NCBI GenBank assembly: GCA_965287045.1
Contig: OZ336872.1
Coordinates: forward strand, 98,270,001-98,334,000
Direction of reading: 5' to 3'
Source: Carcharhinus amblyrhynchos
Taxonomy: Eukaryota
DNA length: 64,000 nt
This document shows positions 48,300-61,749 of the stretch, piece by piece. The stretch's first letter is position 1. Every line of letters starts with the position of its first letter. The notes under the pieces are model-generated. The model made no database searches and was not told the DNA's origin. It saw only the letters and a list, made by a program, of their open reading frames with translations. The position numbers were made by a program, and so were the translations under genes.

Positions 48300-51200
48300 A
48301 GGATAACATTTTGTAAGGATGTTAATATTTGATTTTTGCTCAATTATTTTCATTTTTACCCAGCATGTAAGAAGCCCAACAAAAGAGGATCTAGTATTGA
48401 GGAATGAAGCAAAGCAGATAAGTAAACCCAGGGAGACATGGGCAGTGGCAATCACAGTACTGTAAGATATAAGATGAAAATAGGAAAGGACAAAAATGAG
48501 ATGAACAAAGTAAAAAATCGGGGATAGAAACTGCTTTTGTGAAGATGAGATGGAACTTGAAAGATGAACTGGAAAATAGTATTTGTAGACTAGAGGAGCA
48601 GGAGTGGGAAATATTTTAAATGGTGATCCTAGAATACAAGAAAAAATCCCGCTATAAATCAAGGGTAAACTAGTCAATGCCAAAACATCATGGATGAATA
48701 AAGAGGTACGGTCTGAAGGAAAATGGCACACATTAAGCTCATAAATGAAAGAGATGATGACGAAAGAGAACATGAAAGTGTTAGGAAAGAGGTAAAGAAA
48801 AAGTTAACACAATAAGGAACTGTAAATTAAATTATCAAGGAATGTAAAAAGAAGTAAGCAGTCTGCAGCCACTAAAATAAACAGGTTAGGGTGACCAAAC
48901 ATGATAACTTAGTTAATGACAGGAATGACAGAAATGTTCTACTTTACTTCATTATTTCCCAGGGAAATTAACAAATGACATTTGATGAAGAAAAAAATGA
49001 CATTTAAGATAGAGGGGGTGCTAATGAATAAACTAATCAAATTTAGGATGCACACTCTGGTCAGAATGGATTGCATGCTCTTATCAAAAGAAATTTTGGA
49101 AAGAGGTATATGCTGTTGTATATAAAAATTCAGTAGAAAAGGAAATAGTTTCAGCGATTGATAAACAGATAATCTTATACATATATTTGAAAAGAAAGAT
49201 AGAATAAGTCTAGGGACTTGTAGACTAGCTGATTTAACGCTGTTGGTGGGAAAAATGGTAATTTTACTAAAATATGCAATAAAAACATTGAAAAACCAAA
49301 AATACAAGCCCATGCAGTCAGTATAAAGGCCATGATTCAAAAACTTATTGAATTCTTTGAAGAAGCAACAGAGTATACTAGGGTAATGGTGATGGCATAG
49401 ATGTAAGATATTTGGATTTTCAACAGTGCTTTGCTAAAGTAAAACATAGTAAACATGCAATTACAGCTCGAGAGGTAGCACAATGGATAGTAAGCGTGCG
49501 ACAGAAAGGAAAATTGAAGTTGACTGGCAAAAGGAGGAAAATGCTGTTCCACAAAGCTAGGTGCTGGAATTGATTTCGGATTCCAATTTCAAAATGTTCA
49601 GATCGTGGGGTAATGTTAATACTACAAAACCAAAGCACAATACCAGAAAACAGTGGTAAACGTAAAACATGGTCATGTAATTAGCAAATTAATCTCTGAT
49701 ATTTTGGTAGGAAGAGCACAGATTACATAATGCTTGGACAACAATCTAAATGGGGTAGCAAAAAAAAGGATCTGGGGTACAGGTGCACAAATCAATAAAA
49801 ATATCAACACATATCAGAAACATAGCAACGAGGAGCAGGGTGGGCCTTTGAACTTGCTCCACCATTCAGTATGATCATGGTGATTGTCTGTCTCAATGTC
49901 ATATTCCTGCTTTCTCTCCATAGCCCTTGATGCCATTAAAATCTAAACAAAAAGCTATCTCTTTCATAAATACATTAAATGACTTGGTCATCACAGCCTC
50001 CTGTAGTAGGAATTCTACAGGTTCATTGCCCTTTGAGTGAATAAATATTTCATTATTTCAGTCCTAAATGGTCTATCCCATATCCCGAGACTCTGTCCCT
50101 GGTTCAAGATTCTCCTACTGTTTAGTCTGTCTAGCCCTGTTAGAATTTTTTATATTTCAGTCAGATCTTCTTTTGTCCTAAATTCCAGTCAAACTAATCT
50201 CCTCATAGGACAGTCCTGCCAACCCCTAAGACAAGTTATGAAGACATCAGCCGTATAATTTCTTTTGTCACTTAACTTGCTAAATGACCTACTCAAAACC
50301 ATTTAATTTTTACACTTTGAAACGCTTTGCATCTCTCTGCATCCTCTCAACCAGCACAAAAAAAAACTGAAATTGGAGAAATTTTAAAAAGAAACAAAAA
50401 AAATTGCATAAATGAACCCCATTTAAAGGGATCAGTGATTTAAGAGGGGGAAAAAGGTGTAGTGAACCTCCTTTGCCATTAAGATCATTTTGTTAAAAAT
50501 GTAAACCAAGCTCCAGGGTTCACTTCTGTACGAATAAGAATATAAACAGTGAATATGTTAAGCTCATATTGAATCTTGCTGTATTATTCTGGTCTCTTTC
50601 TTGCAAAAGGATTTAGAGGAACTAGAGAAGGGGCAAAAAGATTGATAAGGATACTGCGAAAATTGAGAGGATTTACTTGAGGAAGGCTGGATAGACTGGG
50701 GATTCTTTTCTGTAGAAAAGAAAATGCTGAGGGATGACCTCGTAGAAGTCTTTAAAGTTTTATGAGATCGTTGACAGGGGTAGATACAGAGAAAGTGCTT
50801 CCAGTTGTTTGATCTGATTTACTTTGTCACATGTATTAGTATACTGTGAAAAATATTGTTTCTTGTGCACTATACAGACGGAGCGTACCATTCATAGAAA
50901 AGGAAACAAGAGAGTGTGGAATGTAGAGTTACAGTCATAGCTAGGGTGTAGAGAAGGATCAACTTAATGCAAGGTAGGTCCATTCAAAAGTCTGATGGCA
51001 GCAGGGAAGAAACTGTTCTTGAGACAGTTGGTACATAACCTCAGACTTTTGTACCTTTATCCCGACGGTAGAAGGTGAAAGAGAGAATGTCCAGGGTGTG
51101 CAGGGTTCTCAATTACGCTGGCTGCTTTGCCGAGGCAGTGGCAAGTGCAGACCGAGTCAATGGATGGGAGGCTGGTTTGCATGATGGATTGGGTTACATT

Positions 51201-52230
51201 CATGACCTTTTGTAGTTTCTTGTGGTCTCGGGCAGAGGAGGACCATACCAAGCTATGATACAAACACAAAGAATGCTTTCTATGATCCATCTGTAAAGGT
51301 AGCTGACATGCCAAATTTCCTTAGTCTTCTGAAAAAGTAGAGGCTTTGGTGGGCTTTCTTAACTATAGTGTTGGTATGGGGGGACCAGGACAGGTTGGTG
51401 ATCTGGACACTTAAAAACTTAAAGCTCGCGACTGTTTCTACATCGTCCCCGGTGATGTAGACAGGGGCGTGTCCTCCACTACACTTACTGAAGCCTATGA
51501 CAATCGCCTTCATTTTGTTGACTTTGAGGGAGAGATTATTGTCACCACGCTAGTTCACCAGATTCTCTATCTCATTCCTGTCTCTGTCTTGTCATTTTTT
51601 GAGATCCGACCCACTATGGTAGTGTCATCAGCAAACTTGAAAATCAAGTTGGAGGAGAATGTGGCCACACAGTCATAGGTGTATAAGGAATATAGTAGGG
51701 GGTTGAGAACACAGCCTTGTGAGGCACTGGTGTTGAGGGTGGTGTTGCCTATCCTTACTGATTGTGGTCTGTTGGTTAGGAAGCTCAGGATCCAGTCACA
51801 GAGAGAAAAACCTAGGTCTAGACCATGGAGTTTAGAGGTGAGGTTAGTAGGAATAATGGTGTTGAAGGTTGAGCTGTAGTAATAAATAGGAGCCTGACAT
51901 AGGTGTCTTTGTTGTCTAGATGTTCCAGGGTTGAGTGCAGGGTCAGGGAGATGGTGTCTGCTATGGACCTGTTGCAGTAAGACAGAAGAACGGGGAATAT
52001 GCTGAACAGGTAATCACCAATAAATCCAATAGATAATACAGAAAACTTCATTCAAAGAATGATAAAAATGTGGAATTGTTACCACAGCCAGTTGAGGTGA
52101 GTAGCAGAGATACATTTAAAAGCAAGCTGGATAAGTATAAAAGAGGAGTGACCGGAGGAGGGAAAAATAAATGCTGGCATAAACCAATTCAGCACCTGGC
52201 TTATTTCTTTGCTGTAGACTCTGTAACTGA
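48300..52230 (+). mobile_element. Long degraded CR1 LINE with nested insertions
   Basis: Remnants of LLNSLK/DVRYLDFQ-like RT motifs at ~49340-49425 and LRDDLVEVFK at ~50725; a minus-strand CR1 3' end is nested at ~49818-50220. Confidence 0.7.
50808..51980 (-). mobile_element. Rex1/Babar LINE (RT to 3' tail) nested in CR1
   Basis: [23 protein letters not shown]; VETVASFKFL; IVKKAHQSLYFFRRLRKFG. Confidence 0.88.
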
Positions 52231-54767
52231 GCATTTTTCATTTAAAAATAGACACTTTTGAAGAGAAATGAATTGAAGAGCATGCATACCAGGGTCTGGT
52301 GATTAATAGAAAATTACTATGTCTTTGAACAACCTGATTAAGATTGGGTTTTTTCTTCATCAACCACTGATTCCCATCCCATTTTGGGATTTATTTATGC
52401 AACTTCTTTGTTTCTTTTTAAAATTAAAATTTCTCCAATTTCAGTTGTTCTTTTCTGTGCTAGTAGAGAGGATGCAGAGTGAGATGCTTGACGTGCAAAG
52501 AATAGAAAAATGTAAAAATAAATGGTATTGAGCAGATCATCATTTAGCAAGTTAATTGACAAAATACATTAAACGGCTGTTCTCCTCACAACATGTTAAA
52601 ATTGTTTTCTGCTGGTTCAGTGAAGAAAATGACATGATGTTTAAATATTTTTAAATGGCTTCAGGATAAAAATACACTATAAATCATTAATTTTATAGTA
52701 GTTAATAGGTTTGCTGCTCTTCTAGATTTTGAAGAACTTGGAGTTCTGGTTTAAATACCTTGCTCAAGCTGCAAGCCTTGATTATTCCTTCCTCTGCTTT
52801 GGCTAATTCAGTTCAGCATTTCACATCATTAAACTTGGAAAGCTGTTTTCAGTTAAATTACTTGAGCAAAATTACTTGAGTCTTCTGGAAAATTCATGTA
52901 AACAGCAAGACTGTATGCTTAGTTTTGTTAAGAAAATTCCAGAGCAACAACTTACTTTTATATCACATCTTAATGACAGGTGACCTAATAATCAAGGTCT
53001 TTAAAATTATGAAGGGGCTTTGATCTGGCGGATGCTGAGAAGATGCTCTCCATTGTGGGGAGACCAGGACTAAGGGCCATACATGAAAGATGGTCTATAA
53101 ATTCAGTAGGGATTTTAGGAGAAACTTCATTGTCCAAAGAAGGTACTTTGCAGGTGTGTTATTGAACAGACTCTAACACTAAATCATATGAAGCAATATT
53201 AATGCAAGTGGCCAAATACTTGATCAAAGAGGTAAGTTTTAAGGAGTGCCTTAAAGGTGGAGAATTATGAGTGGGACTTCCTGAATTTAGGTCATATAAC
53301 TTTAGTATACATTATAAGTGTATGTAAAATGTAATATTTTGGTGTAATTTGAAAGAACTTGAGTAATGTTGTGATTAAAGGTCCACTCTAGTCATCGAAA
53401 ACCCTCAGCAATTCACCCTAATTCACTTCATTCAGCCATAATGACATTAGTGAAATCCTGTTTTGAGGAAGCAAAAGATGACATTTAAAAGCAAAAGTTA
53501 AAAAAAGCACATGGTGTTGCTTTATGATTGGCATTATAAATTTGAATGTGTCATACTAGACAACTTCTCAAATTCAGTAACGTTATCCATGTCCTGTGAA
53601 CATCCCAGATGTCTTTTTTTTAAATGATTTAATTCTATTGTCTATCGGTGTGCGTTTAATATAACTTTGGGTTGTAACAGTAACACCTTCTTTGATTTGA
53701 TCCAGACGTTTGTATCTGTTGTATATTGATTTTCTCAAATCTTTGAGTTATTTTATTTCACAACTGAATATAAACCACAGCTATGAACTATTCCACTTGA
53801 TTCAATCATAGAAAATGGAAGCTGTGGGTTCTCTTAGTTGACTTGAGTGGGAGGCCTACCATGTTAATAAGAGCAAATGTTGACTGCCTTCCACTAAAGG
53901 ACACAAACCATCACTTGTAACTGAATTTGGGTGAAAAGGGTTGACAGTAGCAATGAGTGTAAATGATTCCGAAAATATTAGAACTCTTTCATTGGTTCCA
54001 GTAATAAGGTGAGGGCACCCTATACACAGCTTAGTCATGCACTGATCTGCAACTCCCAGATATGTAAAGGTAAATTCTTGGAAGTCAAGTTTAACTTGTA
54101 TGTATTTTGTATGTATTGTACAGCTTTAATTTTGTATGTATTGGCCTGGATTTTACAGTCAGCGGCGAAGTGACAGTGCTCACTGTTGATTTCAGGGAAA
54201 GCTGTTTAACCAAATCAACTGAGCTCTGTCACATAGATTTCACATTTCTTGATCATTTCATTCTTGCACAAACTTTAGGGACTCTGCTGTCCAGCAACAG
54301 GAATGACATTAAACTAGCTAAGATATCAGTTAGTTTGAAGAATTCTCTCAGACAACAAATGAGGAAATAAAAAATGATTATTCTTTGCATTTTAATCATT
54401 TACAGGAAATGAAATATAGATTGGGGCATGCACATGGAATTAAGGTAGAAGCTAAAATATAAACTTTAAAATCAAGTTATTTAAAAATCTTTTGAATTTA
54501 ATTGTCGCAATGTAGAAATTTGACATTCTGCAAATATGAAATAAGATATTCAGGGCAGAGAGGTTATTCAGAAGTAATTCTGAGATAGCACTTTGCTTAA
54601 AAATCCAATTACACATCTTTCAACACGGTGTAATTTTTTTCCAAGTCTTTAGCAGTGAGACTTGCAATGTTTAAAGGTGGAAGTTCATGCCAGTTCACTG
54701 ACTTCTGGATGGCTTCTAACTGCATGGGAAGCAACAGCGTATCCTGTGGAATCACAACAATTTCAGG

Positions 54768-54990
54768 ATAGTCAGAAGTCTCAGAACACCAGGTTAAAGT
54801 CCAACAGGTTTATTTGATAGTAAACACCACAAGTTTTTGGAATGCTGTTCTTTGTCACTCTCCACTTACCTGATGAAGGAACAATGTTCCGAAAGCTTGT
54901 GGCGTTTACTATCAAATAAACCTGTTGGACTTTAACCTGGTGTTGTGAGACTTCTTACTGTATTTACCCCAGTCCAACGTCGGCATCTCC
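54768..54990. mobile_element. Palindromic Penelope-type short element with TSD
   Basis: Arms 54774-54857 and 54871-54956 are reverse complements; direct repeat acaatttcagg at 54757-54767 and 54991-55001. Confidence 0.85.
54866..54902 (+). ncRNA. Putative minimal type I hammerhead ribozyme motif
   Basis: UUAC-CUGAUGA-A-GGAAC(AAU)GUUCC-GAAA-GC-UU-GUGG: both core boxes, stem II, palindromic AGCU stem III and a short stem I. Confidence 0.6.
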
Positions 54991-55575
54991 ACAATTTCAG
55001 GCAGCCGTTTAATTTTCATGGCCTACGTTGCATGTCTAATTTTGAAAAAACAGGTCAAACATTGCTGCAGCCATGCACCCATGGAATAGAACATATTTTA
55101 AATACAGCTGCATAGTATGGTGCCCATATATGAAGACTTCCAGAGTCAATGAAGCTAAGGGTAAGTTGTATGTGGTTAAATTTTACATTCAAGATCAGGT
55201 TGTTGAATTAATGAAAAATGAACCAAAGGGAAAATATGTGGATAAAATACTTGACTTTCTTAAAAGGATAGTTGCACATCAGTCAAAGTTGCTGTAATTC
55301 AGCTTAAATGATTCGTGAAAAGATATAATGTTAGGATTGGTACAGTAAGTCAATGTGGTATTTCAAAAATATAGACTTTACATTTTTAGTACAGCTCGGA
55401 TGGTTTATCATATCAATAATGTTTTGTACTGTTATTGGGATGAGAAAGTAAATTTACTTCCAGTTATGATTACAAAATTCTCCAAATCAAATTTTTTGTA
55501 CTTGATGAAAAATATTTTGTTGCTTTCTTTGCTTCGCCTCTGCACATATTTTATTCTCATCTGTTTTGTTTTCAG

Positions 55576-55688
55576 GGTGACCTGGATCAGGAAAGATTGA
55601 AAAGGCAGCAGGAACTGGCTACTTTGAATTTATATCAAATGCAGCAGATACAGTGTCAGCAGCTTCTGCAGGCGCAGCTTATGACCAG
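55576..55688 (+). CDS. GIGYF2: GIGYF2 exon (GDLDQERLKRQQEL...QLMT)
   Basis: Long pyrimidine tract, TTCAG|, donor CAG|GTAGTT, 113 nt, phase 0/2. Confidence 0.93.
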
Positions 55689-55744
55689 GTAGTTCTTAGA
55701 ACAATAAATCATAAAGGCTTTTTTTATTGTTTTGTGGGATTCTG

Positions 55745-57172
55745 GGAAGACCAGAAATTTGTTGCCCATCCCTTTATTGTCCTTGAGAAAGTCATGATCA
55801 GCTGCTGCCTTGAACCACTGAGGTCTATCTGATGCCGACAAATTCATTGTGTTGTTAGGAAGAGAGTTCCAAGATTTCAACCCTGCAACGGTGAATGATT
55901 GGCAATATACAGGTTGAGACCTTTCTGGAATTTGGCAGAATTCTGATTTTTGGATTATGGAATCCAGCTCTCTAAATTTTGATCCAACTTCCACCTCCTT
56001 TCAGCTACCTCTCCAACCCTGGCAAAGCATGGAGAAGGCTCTACCACGAGGGTACACACTACTTCTGACTGCTTGGCAGAGCTTCTGCGTTTGATGGTGA
56101 AACCAGAGTTTAGCGGGGGATATGCCTGGTGCTGCTTTCAACATGCCTCCTGCACAATTGAATCCGGATTGATCCCTTAACTTGTTGGTATATGTTAGGT
56201 GAGGGATATGTTAGGCCATAAAGTTGAAGATTATGTTCGAATACGATTCTGCTCCTGCGGATGGCCCACAGCACCTCATTGTGTCCAGTTTTGGCAGTGC
56301 TGAAATTTTCCTGTTTAGCATGTGGCGTTGCCATTCAACATGATGGAGAGCGTGCTCAGTGCGAGGATAAGATTTGAAGGAGAATGGTGGTCAGTCCTAC
56401 CTATATTATAGATGATGCATCAGTGACAGCTAAACCGTTAAGGGTATTGTCGTGTCAGTTTTTCCTCTTGTTTGTTTCCTCACGCACGCTGCTGCAAACT
56501 CTTTCTGGCAGATATGCCCTTCAGGGCTCAGTCAATACTGGTATTACCAAGCCACTTTTAGTGAAATCCCCCACCCAGAGGGCACCTGTGCCCTTGCCAC
56601 CATCAGTGCTTCTCCAAAGTGGTGTTCAATACACAAGAGTGCTGATTCAGCAACAAAGGAAGGGTGGTAAGTGATAATCAATAGCATTGGTCATGTATGG
56701 CTTGATGCCATGAGATCTCATGGGGTCTGGATTCAATGTTGAGGACTCCCAAGACCAACTCCATGTGATGAATACCACTGCACTAATGCCTGTGCTGGGT
56801 CCATCAATTTTCCTTTTTGACTTTACTGTAGTGACTTGGCACAACTAAATGGCTTGATAGTCCATTTCAGAGGGAAGGTAAAAATCAGCTACATTGCTGT
56901 GGGCCCAAAGTCACATGTAGGTCAGATCAGATAAGAATGGCAGAGTTCCTTTCCTAAAGGACACTAGTGAATCAGATGGGCTTTAATGACAATTACAAAA
57001 GCTCCATGGCAGCATTACTGAGACTAGCTTTCAATTCCAGATATTGTTTTAGTAATCAGTTGAATTTATTAATTGAATTTAGGATTATTTGGTGAGATTT
57101 GAATACACCAGGCATTAGCCAGGACACTGAATTACTCGTCCAGTGATATTACAAGTACATCACCATTTCCCC
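55745..57172 (-). mobile_element. Degraded LINE fragment plus adjoining SINE-like repeat
   Basis: Homologous to 45308-46110 and 30600-30810; 56830-57172 resembles the repeat at 30170-30260 and 1-70. Confidence 0.65.
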
Positions 57173-58064
57173 ATTTTTGAATTTATTGAGGTTAGTATGG
57201 AAATACTAAAATAATGAGGCATTTTATACAGGAGTGATTTGACAAGATTTGTATATCCACGTGCCTTATCTGTTCAGATTGTCTCTAATGTGGATGTAGC
57301 CTCTTATTTTTAATTTTATCCAATTGTAGTTAAAATTTAGGAGGAACAATACTGAAGATTAAGAATTTGTGAGAAGCATTGTAAGTTCTGCTGCATAGGT
57401 TTTTATATTTTAACAAAAAGTTAAAGTACATTGGCTGTGGTTGAATAACATAGTTTTTAATTGCTATGTAGAGTTTTGCTCAATTGCCTCCAAAGATCAA
57501 GAAGAAATGTCAGAAATATAGCTCCCATGAAGCTTTCCACAATTTAATTTTGGAGCAAATTAAATAAATAACGCACAGTTTCTGACAGATTTGTATGTGG
57601 CCAGTTGAAAACAGCTGTCCCGATATTCTAACTGGTCTTCATTTATTCATTCCAATTTTTAAAAAACTAATAAGGTTTGTAAGTCAAATATATCCTAAAG
57701 TACAGAAAGAATAGGTAATAGGGGTGGGATGGGGTATGATGAAGAAAGAATATATAACTGGCTCCTGCTTTTATGACGAATGGTATACACAAATTTATGA
57801 AAATGAACTGGGCTTGTTAAACTTCACAATCAATGCTAATACGAATAAGGGAAATAAGTGCTATATAATTGTTTTTTGGCCCTTAAAATGAGTTACTATT
57901 TCTGAGATTGTGCTATTAAGAAACATGATAAGTAAATGGGCTATGAAATCTACTTTTTCAATTTCAGGACTAAAATTTAACCTTATGAAAAATATGTGAC
58001 AACCCAGTAGTTTGTTGCACTACAAGTTAACATTCAGTGCTTAAGATTTGTACTTCTTTCTAAG

Positions 58065-58193
58065 GCAACAGTACGCACAAGCAATAGCACACCAACAAAA
58101 GGCAGCTATGGGAGCCATAACATCACAGCAGCAGCAGCAACAGCAGCAGCAACTGGCTGTCATACTTGAACAATTCCAAGCCTTAAAGTTAAG
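58065..58193 (+). CDS. GIGYF2: GIGYF2 Q-rich exon (QQYAQAIAHQQKAA...Q9...FQALKL)
   Basis: CTAAG| acceptor, AAG|GTAACA donor, 129 nt, phase 2/2. Confidence 0.93.
58126..58152 (+). repeat. Coding polyglutamine tract (CAG)4 CAA (CAG)3 CAA, Q9
   Basis: Read directly, in frame in the 58065-58193 exon. Confidence 0.95.
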
Positions 58194-59154
58194 GTAACAA
58201 TTTGTGGGATTTAGTACATTTGAGGGGAGAGAGTAGTTTTTTCATACACATTTTTAGGAATGGCAACAGTACTACAAAACATATTGCTTATGCAATATGA
58301 TTGAAATGAGTGATCTGAGCATGCTGTAGAATCCAAAAAGCTGGGCTTCTAGATATCACGCAAATGATTGTGACTTATAGTCCATGTTTACATCCTATTA
58401 TCTTGTGTTCTCCAATTATTTTCTGTATCTGTACCAGTTTTATTTTGATTTTTAATTGGTTATTCTCCATATACCACTGGTAAAAGAAGAAAATTACAAA
58501 ATTGGAGGGATATCTCTTTGGGAGTTGAGGAAAATATAATTGGCTTCAGCAGTTCCTAGCTATGGAAAATACATTAGGGCAGGGTTCTTACTCCTGATTT
58601 CTGCTAAAAGGTTTTTACTCAATGTGCAGTGATGGTCAGGATTGGACTCTGATTTGATGTCAGAAGTTGAATAGCTTTCTTTATGATGAATATTCATGTA
58701 ATTGCCATACCTGAAGATAAGTGGTAAATGTAGCAATGTACCTGGCAAGAAACCAATGTCTTCAAGGGAGAATATTGGGATGAAAGGAAAGGGTTGGTGC
58801 CTTCTACCAGTAAGTGGCAATTTGGAGAGAAAGAAAATTTATTTTGTTTTGTATCAAGGTGATGTAGGTGAATCTTTCAGATGCAAAATAAATTATTTTG
58901 TCAATGCCATTGGGAGCACTGAATGCCAATCAATTAATTTTGATGCAACTCCAAGATACTGTCTCAATTTTGCCACAAGATGGACACTTGTTTATTATCC
59001 CAGTGATGCTGGCTCTGATTTCTTTGTCATTAAGCTTTGCCTGTTCAAATTATGAATTGTTTTCTTGATTGCTCAATTGTCTAGTTTTATTGTTTCATTT
59101 CTTTGAGAAATAATTGTTCAGGATAGAATTAATAGTCACATGGAAAAATTTGGG

Positions 59155-59342
59155 ATCATAGAATCCTTATATTGCAGAAGAGGCCATTCGGGCATCAATT
59201 TTGCACTAACTCTCTGGCAGAGTACCTTACCCAGGCCCTCCTTCCCCACACATTTCCCATGGTTAATCTATCTAACCTACACATCTTGGGACACTGAAGG
59301 GAAATTTAATTTGGCCAATCCACCAAATCTGCACATCTTTGG
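59155..59342 (-). mobile_element. 5'-truncated SINE
   Basis: atcatagaatcc...gcagaagaggccattcgg...ttggccaatccacc. Confidence 0.8.
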
Positions 59343-59349
59343 GCTGATT

Positions 59350-60180
59350 AGTAAGAGCCAGCTGAGGGAAGATTGTGTTTAACTTGCATGATGGAGTTTT
59401 TTTGAAGAGGTGACAGAGGATTGATGAGAGCAATGTGTTGATATGTACATGGACTTCCAAAAGGCATTCAATACAGTGGAGAAAAAAAAGGGACTGTAGC
59501 AATGTGGATAAAATAATTGGCAGAGTAAGAGAGAGTAATGGTTAATGGATGTTCCTTCGACAAGAAGAATGTTTGTAGTAGGTTCCCTGTGGGTCAGTAT
59601 TGGGAACCTTGATCTTCCTGATATAAATGATTTAAACCTTTGTGTTAAGGGATAATTTTGAAGTTTGCTGATGATTTAAAGCTCGGAAACACTGTAAAGA
59701 TTGATAAGAGCAATGTAGAACTTCATAGGAGCAAAACATGTTGGTGGAGTGGACAGTTAGGTGGCAGATGTTCATTATAGAGAAGTGTGAGGTGACTCTT
59801 GATAGGAGGAACATGGAGACGTAATATAAAATAGTGGGGTAAAACAATAAAGGCTGTGCGTATCTGTATAAATTGTTAAAGATGACCAGACAGGCTTTAT
59901 TAGTGGTGGCATTGAGTACCAGGCGGGTATGCTGAATATAAGATGTTGGTAATTTTTCAGCTGGAGTATTGAGTGCAGTTCTGGATGCCATACTTTAGGA
60001 AGGATGGTTAACACACACAAAAGGTCTACAAGTGTGGTTCCAGAAATGAGAAACTTCAATTATGAAGAAAAATTGGAGAGATTGGGACTTCTCCTTGGAG
60101 AGGAGATGGCTAAGAGGAGATGTGATCAAGGGGTTCAAAATCATGAGGGGATTGGACAGAGTGATGGGGAAAAACTGTTC
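59350..60180 (+). mobile_element. Degraded CR1 LINE RT fragment
   Basis: FFEEVTE...VDMYMDFQKAF; GSVLGTLIFL; KFADD; YEEKLERLGL. Confidence 0.8.
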
Positions 60181-60620
60181 TCAAAGAAAATTTTTGTGAC
60201 ATTTAAACACTCTTATCAGAATGCAGGTGCTATAGCCGTAAAAAGGGTGTATGGTTGTCCTTCCTTGATGTTCCATTTCAGGCTTGTTCTGCATTTCTGG
60301 AGATATTGGATCATCATCAGCCAGAAATATGGGAGTGCCAGTGTGGCAGAGGAAAGTAGGATTAGAGTAGCAATCCAACAAACTCCTTGGAAGATTCAGG
60401 CTTATATGTTGTGTTGTTTAAATTACTGAACATTGATGAATTGTTGGCCAACACGTATCATCATTCATCTGTTTGTACTTTGTTATGAAAAAGATTTCAC
60501 TGTTTTTAATGGTAACATTCAAAATTATCTTCATGGAATGATTTTTAATCCTGTATCAAAAATTGTCAATTCAATATTTACTCCATAGCTAGTAAAAATA
60601 AACACCTTATCTACACTCAG

Positions 60621-60721
60621 ATCCTCGGAGCAAAGCCTGATGCCTCCAGTAACAAGGCCCATGACTGTGTCTGACAGTAACTCAATTTGGGAATTGCAAG
60701 CTGCAGCGTCTCAGCCCTCGG
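60621..60721 (+). CDS. GIGYF2: GIGYF2 exon (SSEQSLMPPVTRPMTVSDSNSIWELQ...)
   Basis: CTCAG| acceptor, CGG|GTAAAT donor, 101 nt, phase 2/1; SIWELQ motif. Confidence 0.9.
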
Positions 60722-61749
60722 GTAAATATGAACAAGCATGTTACCTTAGTGCCTTCAAAGAATAATTTGGCAATGGTTAAAATTAAACCATTCAGTCACA
60801 GTGTACATCTTGATTCTGACCTCTGGGGTTATTGTGTAAAATAATTTAACTATAGGAGACAGTTATAACCTATGACGCATGAATGAAGGGAAAGAGCAAT
60901 ACACAGTTGATTGATATGCGTGTAACATACTTTTGACTCCGTTGGAAGTTTAACTAATTAATGAGATTTTATTTCTAATTTGAGTTCCCATTAGTCACAA
61001 TCTAAGATGTGCCTAAACCAATGATATTGCATCTCTTTGATTTTCAATTTGCCAATCTCTTCTATTTAATGTCTTAGATTAACTGCTATGGCATTGAAAC
61101 TGAACAAATCCTTCCTCCTGAAGGATACATATACTTTAAATCTGTATTTGTCCCTCCTAATTACTTAGGCCAGCCTCTATCATAAACTCTGTACCCCTGC
61201 TACTCCAATCATGACTGTTCCAATACCCGCTGTTACCCCCCCACTCGCACACTACCACTCTCCATTTTCTGTAAGCCTGAGTGATCAAAAAAGCTGTTGC
61301 TTGTTTTCTTTTCCAAACCAAACTCTGGGCTTTAGACTACTTGTGCATTAAATGCCTCTAAGGTTAACATATTAAACTAGTAGCTGGTCACAACTTCAGT
61401 TGGTCACAAACCTGTCTCATCCTTCAATTCCCTCATTTGTTCCTAATTATGTACAGATGGAAACATTCTGGCACAAATCCTTGACATTGCATTAAATGTG
61501 AGTTTATACTTTGATTGTGGAATAAGAGCCATGATCCCATTAGTAGCAATGATGGTTGCATAGCATTGAGTTCAGGTAAGGATACTTTGGTTTCCTTGAA
61601 CCATCTTCATTGGTGGATGACTGACGGAAGAACCCCATCCAGTGAAAATAGTGTGTGCAGAAAGTAGTGTATGTGAATACTTGGTTACCCAACTAAAATG
61701 TTATGAGGCTAGTGATATAAAATCAAGTTTATTTCAACCTTGAATTGTC

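Noticed and set aside
48219-48773. 184-aa hydrophobic minus-strand ORF
   Set aside because: Antisense of an A-rich degraded CR1; the hydrophobicity is a composition artefact.
60589-60620. Alternative upstream acceptors for the 60621 exon
   Set aside because: They introduce an immediate stop or a frameshift; there is no support.
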